A DNA stretch of 64,000 bases from an uncultured Acidobacteriota bacterium (GTDB taxonomy: Bacteria > Acidobacteriota > Vicinamibacteria > Fen-336). The stretch spans positions 29,361 through 93,360 of the forward strand of contig CAVUFF010000010.1 in assembly GCA_963740655.1 (NCBI GenBank), in the 5' to 3' direction. The notes beneath the pieces are model-generated. The model made no database searches, was not told the DNA's origin, and saw nothing but the letters and a program-made list of their open reading frames with translations. Positions 43,719-52,351 of this stretch are shown here, in pieces. Made by a program: the position numbers and the translations under genes. The stretch's first letter is position 1, and each line of letters opens with the position of its first letter.

Positions 43719-44868
43719 TCAAGACCTGACCCCCTCCTTCGTCGGCTCGGCGTAGCCTTCCTGGGGCTCGTGGCCGCCCTGGTAGTCGGCGGACTCCGGG
43801 CGCTTGATCTGCGAGTGGGCCACGACGCGATCGCGGCGCAGGCCGCGGAAGTCGGCGAAGCCGCGCCAGCCCTTGTCCGCGTTCTTCTCGAAGAACGCGC
43901 GACGCGTCCTCGATCAGCCGCTGGATCACGCTCGGGGCCCACCGCCTGGTCGAGCATCGCCGCCGTGCAGACCTGCACCGTGCCGCAGCCGAGCAGGAAG
44001 TAGTTGAGCGCGTGGCGGAACTCGGCGATGCCGCCGATGCCCGAGAAGCTCTTCTCGGGGAAGGCGCGCGTCATCTCGCGACATCTTCGCGAGCGACAGC
44101 GGCAGGATCGCCGGCCCGCCGAGGCCGCCGCTCGACACGCAGGCCCTCGACGTTCATCTCGAACTCGAGCGAGTCCGGGTCGATGAGCGGCAGCGACGGG
44201 AAGGTGTTCGAGGAGACGACGGCGTCGCGCGCCGCCCGCGGAACACGGCGCCCGCCTCGATGGCGATGTCGCTCGTGGCCGGGCGTGAGCTTGGCCCACA
44301 CCGGCACGCGCGCCACCTCCTTCACCACCTGGGTGACGAACGAGCACAGCTGCTGGTCCTTGCCGATGTTGGAGCCCATGTCCTCGCGGTCCATGTGCGG
44401 GCAGGAGAGGTTCAGCTCGAGGCCGTCGGCGCCCGCGTCCTGGCAGGCGCGCGCGAGCGTGCGCCAGTGGTCGAGCTCCTTGTCGCTGCCGGAGCCGGCC
44501 ATGATCGAGGCGATCAGCACGCGGTGCGGGTAAGGCCTTCTTGATCCGCTCGAGCCGCGGGATCCACCAGTCGAGCGGCTTGTCGGAGATGAGCTCCCAG
44601 TTCCAGGACGAGTGCAGCACGCCGCTCGCGGCCCCTGTTCATCGAGAGGATCCCGCGTCGCGGGATGCGATGCGCAGGAACTTGGTCTTGGGCCCCGTCG
44701 ACGTTCACGACCGGGTGCATGCCGATCGTCTTGGTGACGACGCCGCCCCAGCCCGCCTCGAACGCGCGCAGGATGTTGCTCTCCGACTCGGTGGGCGGCG
44801 CCGAGGACAGCAGGAACGGGTTCTCGAAGCGGATGCCCGTGAAGCGTGACGGACAGGTCGACGGCCAT
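43719..44868 (-). pseudogene. Dihydropyrimidine dehydrogenase PreA/PydA-like FMN subunit (DHOD-family fold), at least 9 frame changes
   Basis: Pieces: 'MAVDLSVT|FTGIRFENPFLLSSAPPT', 'WELISDKPLDWWI', 'VLIASIMAG..GADGLELNLSCPH', 'VPVWAKLTP', 'AVVSSNTFPS', 'GGLGGPAILPLSL' and 'SGIGGIAEFRHALNYFLLGCGTVQVCTA'. No ferredoxin-type Cys clusters at the C-terminus. Length is 3n+1. Exact lesion positions are only partly resolved. Confidence 0.7.
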
Positions 44869-44904
44869 GGCGTCTCGGTCTCCTCGCATCGGTCCATACG
44901 CCGT

Positions 44905-45782
44905 CTAGGGCGCCACCAGTGGCCCGTAGGCGTCGGGCCGGCGGTCGCGGAAGAACTGCCAGACCGACCGCACCTCCTCGATCATGTCGAGGTCGAGGTC
45001 GGCGACGACCACGGCGTCCTCGTCGCGCGGGCGCCTGGGCGAGGATCTTGCCGCGCGGGTCGCAGAAGTAGCTCTTGCCGTAGAACTCGCCGATCTTCCA
45101 CGGCGCCTCGACGCCCGACGCGGTTGATGGCGCCGACGAAGTAGCCGTTGGCGACCGCGTGCGCGGGCTGCTCGAGCTCCCACAGGTACTCGGACAGGCC
45201 GGCGACCGTCGCCGAGGGGTTGAAGACGATCTCGGCGCCGTTCAGGCCGAGCGCGCGGGCGCCCTCGGGGAAGTGCCGGTCGTAGCAGATGTAGACGCCG
45301 ACCTTGCGCGAAGGCGGTCTCGAACACCGGGTAGCCCGAGGTTGCCGGGGCGAAAGTAGAACTTCTCCCAGAAGCCCGGCTTGCAGTGCGGGATGTGGGT
45401 CTTGCGGTACTTGCCGAGGTAGCTGCCGTCGGCGTCGATCACGGCCGCGGTGTTGTAGTAGACGCCGGGCTGGTCCTCCTCGTAGATCGGGCACCACGAT
45501 CACCATCTTGTGCTTCCTGGCGAGCTTCCGCATGAGCGTGACCGTCGGGCCCGTCGGGCACGCGCTCGGTCAGGTGGTACCAGCGCGTCTCCTGCTCGGC
45601 GCAGAAGTAGGGCCCGTAGAAGAGCTCCTGCAGGCACAGGATCTGCGACCTTCTTCCGCGCCGCCTCGCGCGATCAGCTTGACGTGCTTGTCGACCATCG
45701 CCTTCTTGATCTTCGGAAGGCCCGCTTCGGGCCCCAGGACGTTCTTCGCCTGGATCAGGCCGCAACGGACGATGCGGGGCAT
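44905..45782 (-). pseudogene. Beta-ureidopropionase / N-carbamoyl-beta-alanine amidohydrolase (nitrilase superfamily), 8 frameshifts
   Basis: Pieces: 'MPRIVRCGLIQAKN', 'QILCLQELFYGPYFC' (catalytic Glu), 'YRKTHIP' (Lys), 'VGVYICYDRHFPE' (Cys) and 'IVFNPSAT'. Frame changes at about 45668, 45645, 45550, 45488, 45335, 45308, 45118 and 45040, all +1-like. Length is 3n+2. Confidence 0.8.
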
Positions 45783-45844
45783 GGGGCGCTCCTTGGCTGC
45801 TCGGGACGAGAAGAGCGATTGTAGGTCGGCTTGCCGCCCGAGTC

Positions 45845-47530
45845 CTAGGGGGCCGGCCGGGCTCCGACGCCCAGCAGCGCGGCCGGCTCGGCCCCCTGCG
45901 GCAGCGTGAAGCAGAACGTCGCCCCGAGGCCCGGGCCGTCCGACTCCACCCACACGCGCCCGCCGTGCAGCTCCACGATGCGCTTCACGAGCGCGAGCCC
46001 GATCCCGGTCCCGTCGTCCTGCGGGTCGAGCCGGTCGAACAGGCCGAATACCCTCTCGTGATAGCGGGGCTCGATGCCGCGGCCGTTGTCGCGCACGAAG
46101 AAGACCGGCGTGCCGTTGCCCGCGCGCGCGCCGACCTCGATGCGCGGGTGGGCCTGATCCCCCATGAACTTGGCCGCGTTGTCGAGCAGGTTCTGGAGCA
46201 CCTCGACGAGCCGCTGGCGGTCGCCGCGCACGAGCGGCAGCCCCGGAGCGATGTCGAGCACGACGCTGCGCTCGCGCAGGCGCCCCGTCACGAGTGCGCT
46301 CGCCTCGCGCGCGAGCTCGGCGAACGCCACCGTCTGCGGCTCGTTTGCGAGCTTGCCCACGCGCGACAGCTCGAGCAGCTCCCGCAGCAGCCGGTCCATG
46401 CGCGAGGCGGCCCCCCGGATCCGCTCCATGTCGCTGCGCAGCTCGTCCGTCCGGCCGCGCGCCGCCGCGTCCTCGACGGCGCCCAGGAAGCCCATCACCG
46501 TGACGAGGGGGCTGCGCAGGTCGTGGGAGACCGCGTAGGTGAAACGCTCGAGCTCGGCGTTGCGCTTCTCGAGCTCCCCCACCGCGCTCTCGAGCAGCAT
46601 GCGCGCCCGCTCCGTGGCCTGGCGCGCGCGGCGCAGCGACCAGGCGAGCCAGAGCGTCAGCGCGAGTGCGCCCGCGAGGCCGCCGATCACCCACAGCAGG
46701 TCGCGGTTGCGCGCCTGCGCCTCGAGCAGGTCGTAGGTGGCGCGCGTGTCGTTCAGGCCGAAGAACGAGTGCCGGGCGAAGACCACCGCGAGCGTGCCGT
46801 CCCTGGCCATGCCCGCGATCTCCTGCCGGATCCGGTCCGCCGCGCGGGCCGCCGCGAACGACGCGCCGACGCCGAGCCGGTGGCTGCCGGGCAAGAGCGG
46901 CGCCTGCAGCGAGACGCTCGCGCATTCCGCCGGCCGCTCGCGCAGCACGGCGAGCGCCAGGCGCGACTCGAGGAAGGCGGCGGCCACGTCGCCCGCGCAC
47001 AGGTGCGCGAGCGCGTCTCGGCCTTCGGGATAGACGACCACGCGCGCGTTCGGGTAGAGCTCGCCGAGCAGCAGCGCGTGCACGCCGACGGCCGTGATGC
47101 CCACGGCGTCGGCGAACCCGCGATCGGGGAGCGGCCGTCCCGCGTGCATCACCAGCACGTGCTGGCTCTCGAGCCACGGCGCGCTCACGTAGAGCTTGCC
47201 TCGCCGCTCGGGCAGCTCGGTGATCAGCGGCCACAGGTCGATGCGGCCGTCTGCGAGCACCTCGTCGGGGCCAGCCGGGATCTCCTGCCACTCGAGCACG
47301 ATCCCGGCGCGGCGCGCGGCCTCGGCCACGGTCTCGACCGACAGCCCGCCTGGAAGGCCGGTCGTGGGCTGGTGCACCTGGTAGGGCGGGTTGTGCTGGA
47401 AGCCGATCCGCAGCGGCCGATTCGGGAGGGGCGGCCGGCGAGCCGACGCCCACCAGCCCCAGCCGAGCGCTGCCACGGCGGCCGTCGTGGCGGCGGCGGC
47501 CAGGCGGAAGCGCAAGAGCTTGTGGAGCAT
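45845..47530 (-). CDS. Sensor histidine kinase with a periplasmic solute-binding (SBP_bac_3-like) sensor domain
   Basis: 561 aa, intact. TM helix, then a periplasmic domain ('LRIGFQHNPPYQ..GRIDLWPL'), then a second TM helix. H-box 'FTYAVSHDLRSPL', N box 'LLDNAAKF', and G boxes 'DNGRGI' and 'GTGIGLALV'. No response regulator is adjacent. Confidence 0.9.
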   Translation of the reverse strand: MLHKLLRFRLAAAATTAAVAALGWGWWASARRPPLPNRPLRIGFQHNPPYQVHQPTTGLPGGLSVETVAEAARRAGIVLEWQEIPAGPDEVLADGRIDLWPLITELPERRGKLYVSAPWLESQHVLVMHAGRPLPDRGFADAVGITAVGVHALLLGELYPNARVVVYPEGRDALAHLCAGDVAAAFLESRLALAVLRERPAECASVSLQAPLLPGSHRLGVGASFAAARAADRIRQEIAGMARDGTLAVVFARHSFFGLNDTRATYDLLEAQARNRDLLWVIGGLAGALALTLWLAWSLRRARQATERARMLLESAVGELEKRNAELERFTYAVSHDLRSPLVTVMGFLGAVEDAAARGRTDELRSDMERIRGAASRMDRLLRELLELSRVGKLANEPQTVAFAELAREASALVTGRLRERSVVLDIAPGLPLVRGDRQRLVEVLQNLLDNAAKFMGDQAHPRIEVGARAGNGTPVFFVRDNGRGIEPRYHERVFGLFDRLDPQDDGTGIGLALVKRIVELHGGRVWVESDGPGLGATFCFTLPQGAEPAALLGVGARPAP

Positions 47531-47663
47531 CGCTATCGTCGCCCCCGGGTCTTCGGGCCGGGGTCGGCGTTAGCATACCGGTTTGCGCCCGACGGTGTGC
47601 GGCGCGCCTCGGAACCTCGCGGCGGGTTCGCGCGTTTCGGGGAGTACGAGGAAGGGGGATCCG

Positions 47664-48350
47664 ATGAGGCGACTTGCGGCCCTACTCGCCACGGCGGGCC
47701 TGTGGCTGGCGGTCTCCGCTGTCGCCCAGGACGCCCCACCTCCTGCCGTGCCGGTCCCGGCGACGCCGTCACAAGCGACGCCGGCCGATCCGGCCGTCGA
47801 CCCCGCAACCGCCGCTCCTGCGGCTCCTGAGGCGCCCGCCGTCGAGGCCCCGGTCGTGCTGGATCCGAAAGCCCCCGCCAAGACCGAGATCAACCTCGAC
47901 CGTCACACGCAGGTGACGGCCGGCATCGGCTTCTCGGGCCCGATCGGCGCGGGGGCGAGCCTACGTCTCCTGCACGGGCTCGGCGCGGACGTGAAGGACG
48001 GCTCGACGCACGTCAAGGCGGTCTGCGCAGTGCCGATGCCCCACTGCGCCCAGGGCTTCCTGCTGCAGGCCGATGCCGGCTCCGGCGGCGGCAAGCTGAG
48101 CCTCGGCATCGGCGCGCGCGCCCACGTCGACGAGGAGAGCTTCAAGGGCACGGCCGGCGTCGCTCTGCGCCTGGCGTTCGCCCGCACCTGGGGCAACCCC
48201 GTCGGCACCGACCCCGGCCTCAACTACCTCGGGCCCGAGCTCGACCTGTCGGTGATCCGGATCGGCCTCACGCTCGGGGTGCTGTTCCGGGTCTCCGGCG
48301 ATCACGGCCCGAACGCCGTCTTCAGCTGGGGGCTCGGGTTCGGGCTCTGA
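47664..48350 (+). CDS. Secreted beta-rich hypothetical protein (Pro/Ala-rich N-terminal region)
   Basis: ATG 47664 after GAAGGGGG. Signal 'MRRLAALLATAGLWLAVSAVAQ'. Alternating-pattern C-terminal half ends 'AVFSWGLGFGL'. No family recognised. Confidence 0.5.
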   Translation: MRRLAALLATAGLWLAVSAVAQDAPPPAVPVPATPSQATPADPAVDPATAAPAAPEAPAVEAPVVLDPKAPAKTEINLDRHTQVTAGIGFSGPIGAGASLRLLHGLGADVKDGSTHVKAVCAVPMPHCAQGFLLQADAGSGGGKLSLGIGARAHVDEESFKGTAGVALRLAFARTWGNPVGTDPGLNYLGPELDLSVIRIGLTLGVLFRVSGDHGPNAVFSWGLGFGL

Positions 48351-48353
48351 GGC

Positions 48354-49124
48354 TCATTGCGCCGTCCAGCCCCCGTCCACGTAGAGCGCCGAGCCGGTCA
48401 CGAACGAGGCCGCGTCCGAGGCCAGGAACACCGCCGCACCCGTGATCTCGTGCAGCTCCCCCCAACGGCCGAGCGGGATCCTCTCGACGAAAGCCTGATA
48501 CTTGGCGGGGTCGTTCTTGAGCGGCAGGTTCATGTCGGTGCCGAACGGCCCCGGGCAGATCGCGTTGACCGTGATCCCGTGTTGCGCCCACTCGAGCGCC
48601 AGCACGCGCGTCAGGCCCAGCACGCCCGCCTTCGACGAGCAATAGGGCGCGCGCCCGGCCAGCGAGACGCTCGAGAGGATCGAGCCCAGGTTGATCACGC
48701 GGCCCCAGCGGCGCTCGCGCATCCCCTTGCCGACCGCGCGCATGCAGAGGTAGGGCGCCTTCAGGTTCGTGTCGACGACCGCGTCCCAGTCGGCCTCGCT
48801 GAGCTCGTCGATCGCGCCGCGGATGTTGACGCCCGCGTTGTTCACCAGGATGTCGATCGGCCCCAGGCCGCTCTCGACCTCTCGCACCAGCCGCTCGACC
48901 TCGGCGGCGACCGCCACGTCGGCCGCGAAGGCGAGCGCGCGCCGGCCGCTGGCGGCCGCGATGTCGTGGGCCGCCTGCCGGCAGGACTCGAACGAGCGGC
49001 TGGCGAGCGCCACGTCGGCCCCTGCCTCGGCGAGCGCCTGGGCGATCTCGCGGCCGAGGCCGCGGCCGCCGCCGGTCACGAGCGCGCGGCGTCCGTCGAG
49101 GCGGAAGCGGTCGAGCACTTTCAT
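48354..49124 (-). CDS. SDR family oxidoreductase (gluconate-5-dehydrogenase/FabG-like)
   Basis: 256 aa. '[16 protein letters not shown]', 'NNAG' and '[13 protein letters not shown]' (YxxxK). Confidence 0.9.
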   Translation of the reverse strand: MKVLDRFRLDGRRALVTGGGRGLGREIAQALAEAGADVALASRSFESCRQAAHDIAAASGRRALAFAADVAVAAEVERLVREVESGLGPIDILVNNAGVNIRGAIDELSEADWDAVVDTNLKAPYLCMRAVGKGMRERRWGRVINLGSILSSVSLAGRAPYCSSKAGVLGLTRVLALEWAQHGITVNAICPGPFGTDMNLPLKNDPAKYQAFVERIPLGRWGELHEITGAAVFLASDAASFVTGSALYVDGGWTAQ

Positions 49125-49155
49125 GGCAGCTCCTTCCTTGCGGTGCGCCAGGCGG

Positions 49156-50229
49156 CTAGAGCTCGAGCGACTGGCGCGCGTACGCGGTCGAGCGGCGCAC
49201 GTTGTCGTCCTCGCGCTCCTGCATCGCGCCCATGGCCAGGGTCGAGACGCGCGGCAGCGGCTCGGCGCTCGCCTTCGACAGCAGCTCCTTCTCGAAGGCC
49301 GCCGTGCGGACCGCGTCGCGCCCGCCGAAGCTCGCCCAGTAGCGGTCGTCCTGGTACGGCACCTTGAGCGGGTCGCGCGTGATCATCTCGAGCACCATCG
49401 GCAGGCGCGGCTTCGCCCGGCGCAGCGCCGCGACCATCTTCGCGAGCGGGCAGATCCCGGTCCCGAGCGGCACCTCGGACAGCTCGAAGCCGCTCGCGTA
49501 GGGGCGCAGCGCCATGTCCTTGAGGTGCGTGGTGACCGCGTAGGGCGCGAGCCGCGTGACCGTGTCGAGCGGGTCCTCGAGCAGCGAGATGTTGTTGCCG
49601 AAGTCGACGCAGGCGCCGAGGTACGGGCTGCCCGTCGACCGGATCAGCTCGACCAGCTCGTCGGCGCGCCAGTCCTTGTGGTTCTCGATCCCGACCTCGA
49701 GCTTGTGCTTTTCGAGCGACGCCTTCGCTCGCGGCACCGCCTCGCGCCAGCGGCCTGCGAACGCGCGCCACGCCTCGAGCGTCTCGAAGTCCTCGTAGCG
49801 GCGGCCGTGCAGCAGCGCCACGCGCAGCCGGCCGGCCCCGAGCGCGCGCGCCACGCGCGCCACGTCGGCGAAGTAGGCCTCGTCCTCGAAGATCCTGCCG
49901 GGCGCCGCGAGCTCGGCCCAGAGGCCGGCCTCGCCCAGCTTGCGCTTGAGGCCGTCGAGGTACGTGGCCTCGGTCGACTCGAGCTGTCCGATGTCGAGCT
50001 GGCAGCCGTCGGCTCCGAACGAGCGGCAGAGCTCGACGAGCGCCTCGGCCTTGAGCCCGATCGGGCCGGCGCCGCGGATCAGGTCGCGCCCCCGCTGCAG
50101 CCTCACCGCGAACGACGTGAACGCGATCCCGTAACGTCCGTCGGCGGCGAGCCCGGCGCGCGGCCCGAGCGCGAGCCCGAGCGCCGAGGCGCAGGCCGTA
50201 CGCAGGAAGCCCCGGCGCGTCTCAGCCAC
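49156..50229 (-). CDS. Sugar phosphate isomerase/epimerase (xylose-isomerase-like TIM barrel), TAT-exported
   Basis: 357 aa. TAT signal '[18 protein letters not shown]'. 'LEVGIENH' and 'GACVDFGN' are typical AP_endonuc_2 motifs. It overlaps the upstream gene by 8 nt. Confidence 0.85.
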   Translation of the reverse strand: MAETRRGFLRTACASALGLALGPRAGLAADGRYGIAFTSFAVRLQRGRDLIRGAGPIGLKAEALVELCRSFGADGCQLDIGQLESTEATYLDGLKRKLGEAGLWAELAAPGRIFEDEAYFADVARVARALGAGRLRVALLHGRRYEDFETLEAWRAFAGRWREAVPRAKASLEKHKLEVGIENHKDWRADELVELIRSTGSPYLGACVDFGNNISLLEDPLDTVTRLAPYAVTTHLKDMALRPYASGFELSEVPLGTGICPLAKMVAALRRAKPRLPMVLEMITRDPLKVPYQDDRYWASFGGRDAVRTAAFEKELLSKASAEPLPRVSTLAMGAMQEREDDNVRRSTAYARQSLEL

Positions 50230-51565
50230 GGCCGAGCGCCGCCTCGAGCTCGCGGTCCCAGGGGGCGCGGTACGGCTTGGTCAGGAGCCGCGACGCCTCG
50301 GCGTCCGCGACCACGTCGTGCTTCGCGGCGTCCCAGCGCAGCGTGCGCCCCAGCTTCATCGAGAGGTTGGCGAGGTGGCAGGGCAGCGAAGTACGGTGGC
50401 CGCTCGCGAGGTCCGAGGCCGGCGTGGCACGCGACTTCACGCAGTCGAGGAAGTTCCGCACGTGCGGTACGAACTGGTCGCGCACCTGCTCGAAGCCGTC
50501 TTCCTTGAGCGGCGTCGTGCGCAGCGCCGCCTCCACCTGCGACGGCCGCCCGCCGAAGCTCGCGCGCGGGATCTGGTCCTCGGGCGGGATCTGCTTGTCC
50601 GGCACGACCTCGAAACCCGCCCGGCTCAGCCGCAGCCGGCCCTTCGTGCCCGAGAACTCGAAGCCGCCCCCCGCGCCCGCCGCCGCTTCCCGGCTCGACC
50701 AGGTGACGAGAAAGCCCTTGTATTCGAAGAGCGCCTCGAACACGTCCGGCGTCTCGCCGATGCCCGAGAGCGAGTAGCGCCCGCCCATCGCCGAGACTCG
50801 CTCGGGAACCTGGTTCGTGATCCACTGCACGATGTCGATGTCGTGCGCCAGCAGGTTCGTGGTCTGCCCGCCGGAGTAGTCCCAGAACCAGCGGAAGTGA
50901 TACAGGCAGCGGCCCGGGTCGTACGCGACGAAGGGCGCTGGGCCGAGCCACATCTCCCAGTCGGCCGCAGACAGCCGGTCGCCCACCGGCTGCGTGAAGC
51001 CGGGCATGACGTTGCGGCAGGCGGCGATCCGCACGCTGCGCAGCTCGCCGATGTGCCCGTCGCGGACGAGCCCGGCGCAGCGCCGGTAGTGGCGGCCCGA
51101 GCGCTGCTGGGTTCCGACCTGCACGACGCGCTTGTGGGCGCTCGCCGCCTGCTGCATCCACTCGCCCTCGCGCACGACGTGCGTGAGCGGCTTCTCCACG
51201 TAGACGTCCTTGCCCGCCGCGCAGGCCAGGATCGTCATCAGCGCGTGCCAGTGGTCGGGCGTCGAGACCACGACCGCGTCCACGTCGGGGCGGTCGAGCA
51301 GCCTGCGGAAGTCCTTGTGCTTCGTCGGGCTCGAGCCCGCCGCGGCCGCGGCCGCGTCGAGCCGCGCGTCGCTCAGCTCGCTCACCGCCACGATCTCGAC
51401 GTCGCCCTGCGCCTTGAAGTCGATCAGGTGGCGCGTGCCGATCAGGCCGTGGCCGATCAGCCCGACGCGCACGCGGTCGTTCGCGCCCAGCACGCGCCGG
51501 AGCGAGGCCGCGCTCATCAGGCTCGCGCCCGCGACGGTCTTGAGCACGCTGCGCCGGCTCTGCAT
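50222..51565 (-). CDS. Gfo/Idh/MocA family oxidoreductase, TAT-exported
   Basis: 447 aa from ATG 51565. 'MQSRRSVLKTVAGASLMSAASL' is a TAT signal. 'VRVGLIGHGLIGTRH' is the Rossmann motif, and 'VYVEKPL' is present. The remainder of the 1165-aa track ORF is antisense to the TPR gene. Confidence 0.9.
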   Translation of the reverse strand: MQSRRSVLKTVAGASLMSAASLRRVLGANDRVRVGLIGHGLIGTRHLIDFKAQGDVEIVAVSELSDARLDAAAAAAGSSPTKHKDFRRLLDRPDVDAVVVSTPDHWHALMTILACAAGKDVYVEKPLTHVVREGEWMQQAASAHKRVVQVGTQQRSGRHYRRCAGLVRDGHIGELRSVRIAACRNVMPGFTQPVGDRLSAADWEMWLGPAPFVAYDPGRCLYHFRWFWDYSGGQTTNLLAHDIDIVQWITNQVPERVSAMGGRYSLSGIGETPDVFEALFEYKGFLVTWSSREAAAGAGGGFEFSGTKGRLRLSRAGFEVVPDKQIPPEDQIPRASFGGRPSQVEAALRTTPLKEDGFEQVRDQFVPHVRNFLDCVKSRATPASDLASGHRTSLPCHLANLSMKLGRTLRWDAAKHDVVADAEASRLLTKPYRAPWDRELEAALGRG

Positions 51566-51688
51566 GGTGGCCTCCGGATGGGTGCCGGATTCTCGTCCAG
51601 GACTCGCCAGGCAGGCAAGCGGGCGCGAGCCCATCTCGCCCCCGGGCGCGACCGACGGTATAGTCGGCTCGAGACCCGGAGGCTCGAA

Positions 51689-52348
51689 ATGAGCGACGAC
51701 GTCGCCGTGCAGCCGGGCCGGCTGATCCTCTGGCCGGCCGTGATCACGTTCGCCGTCACGCTGTTGCGGCTCGTCGGAGAGCTGCGGGGCTGGTCGCCGA
51801 CCTTCTTCGGCAAGGAAGCGGGCGGCGGCGGCTCGCTCGTCGGCATCACCTGGCTGGTGCCGGTGTTCGGTGCGATCTTCGGCTGGAAGCTCGCCAGGGC
51901 GGGTGTCGCGCCGGGCCCCGTGGGCCGCGCGCTCGGCCTCGCGTTCCTGGCGCTCGTGCTGGTGCCGGCCGCCGGCTTCGCCGCAATCCGCGTCGGCGGG
52001 CTCAACCCCCGGGGCTTCGGCGCCTTCGGCCTGTTCGTCGTGCTGTCGCTCGTCGCGCTCGCGATCGGCCTGCGTGCCTGGCCGGCGCTCGGCCGCGTGC
52101 TCGTACAGTACACGCTCGCGGCACGGCTGCCGGTGCTGGCCGTGATGCTGGTCGCGATGCTCGGCAACTGGGGCACGCACTACGACGTCGCGGCGCCCGG
52201 CCTTCCGCAGATGAGCCCGCTCGTCAAATGGCTCGTGATCGGCGTCGTGCCGCAGCTCACGGTCTGGATCTGGTTTACGGTGGCGGTCGGGGCGATCTTC
52301 GGCGTCGCGGCCGCGGCCGTCGCCTCGCGCCGGCCGGCGGCGGCCTGA
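51689..52348 (+). CDS. Polytopic membrane protein (hypothetical)
   Basis: 219 aa from ATG 51689 (GGAGG 8 nt upstream), about 6 hydrophobic helices. No family recognised. Confidence 0.5.
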   Translation: MSDDVAVQPGRLILWPAVITFAVTLLRLVGELRGWSPTFFGKEAGGGGSLVGITWLVPVFGAIFGWKLARAGVAPGPVGRALGLAFLALVLVPAAGFAAIRVGGLNPRGFGAFGLFVVLSLVALAIGLRAWPALGRVLVQYTLAARLPVLAVMLVAMLGNWGTHYDVAAPGLPQMSPLVKWLVIGVVPQLTVWIWFTVAVGAIFGVAAAAVASRRPAAA

Positions 52349-52351
52349 GGC

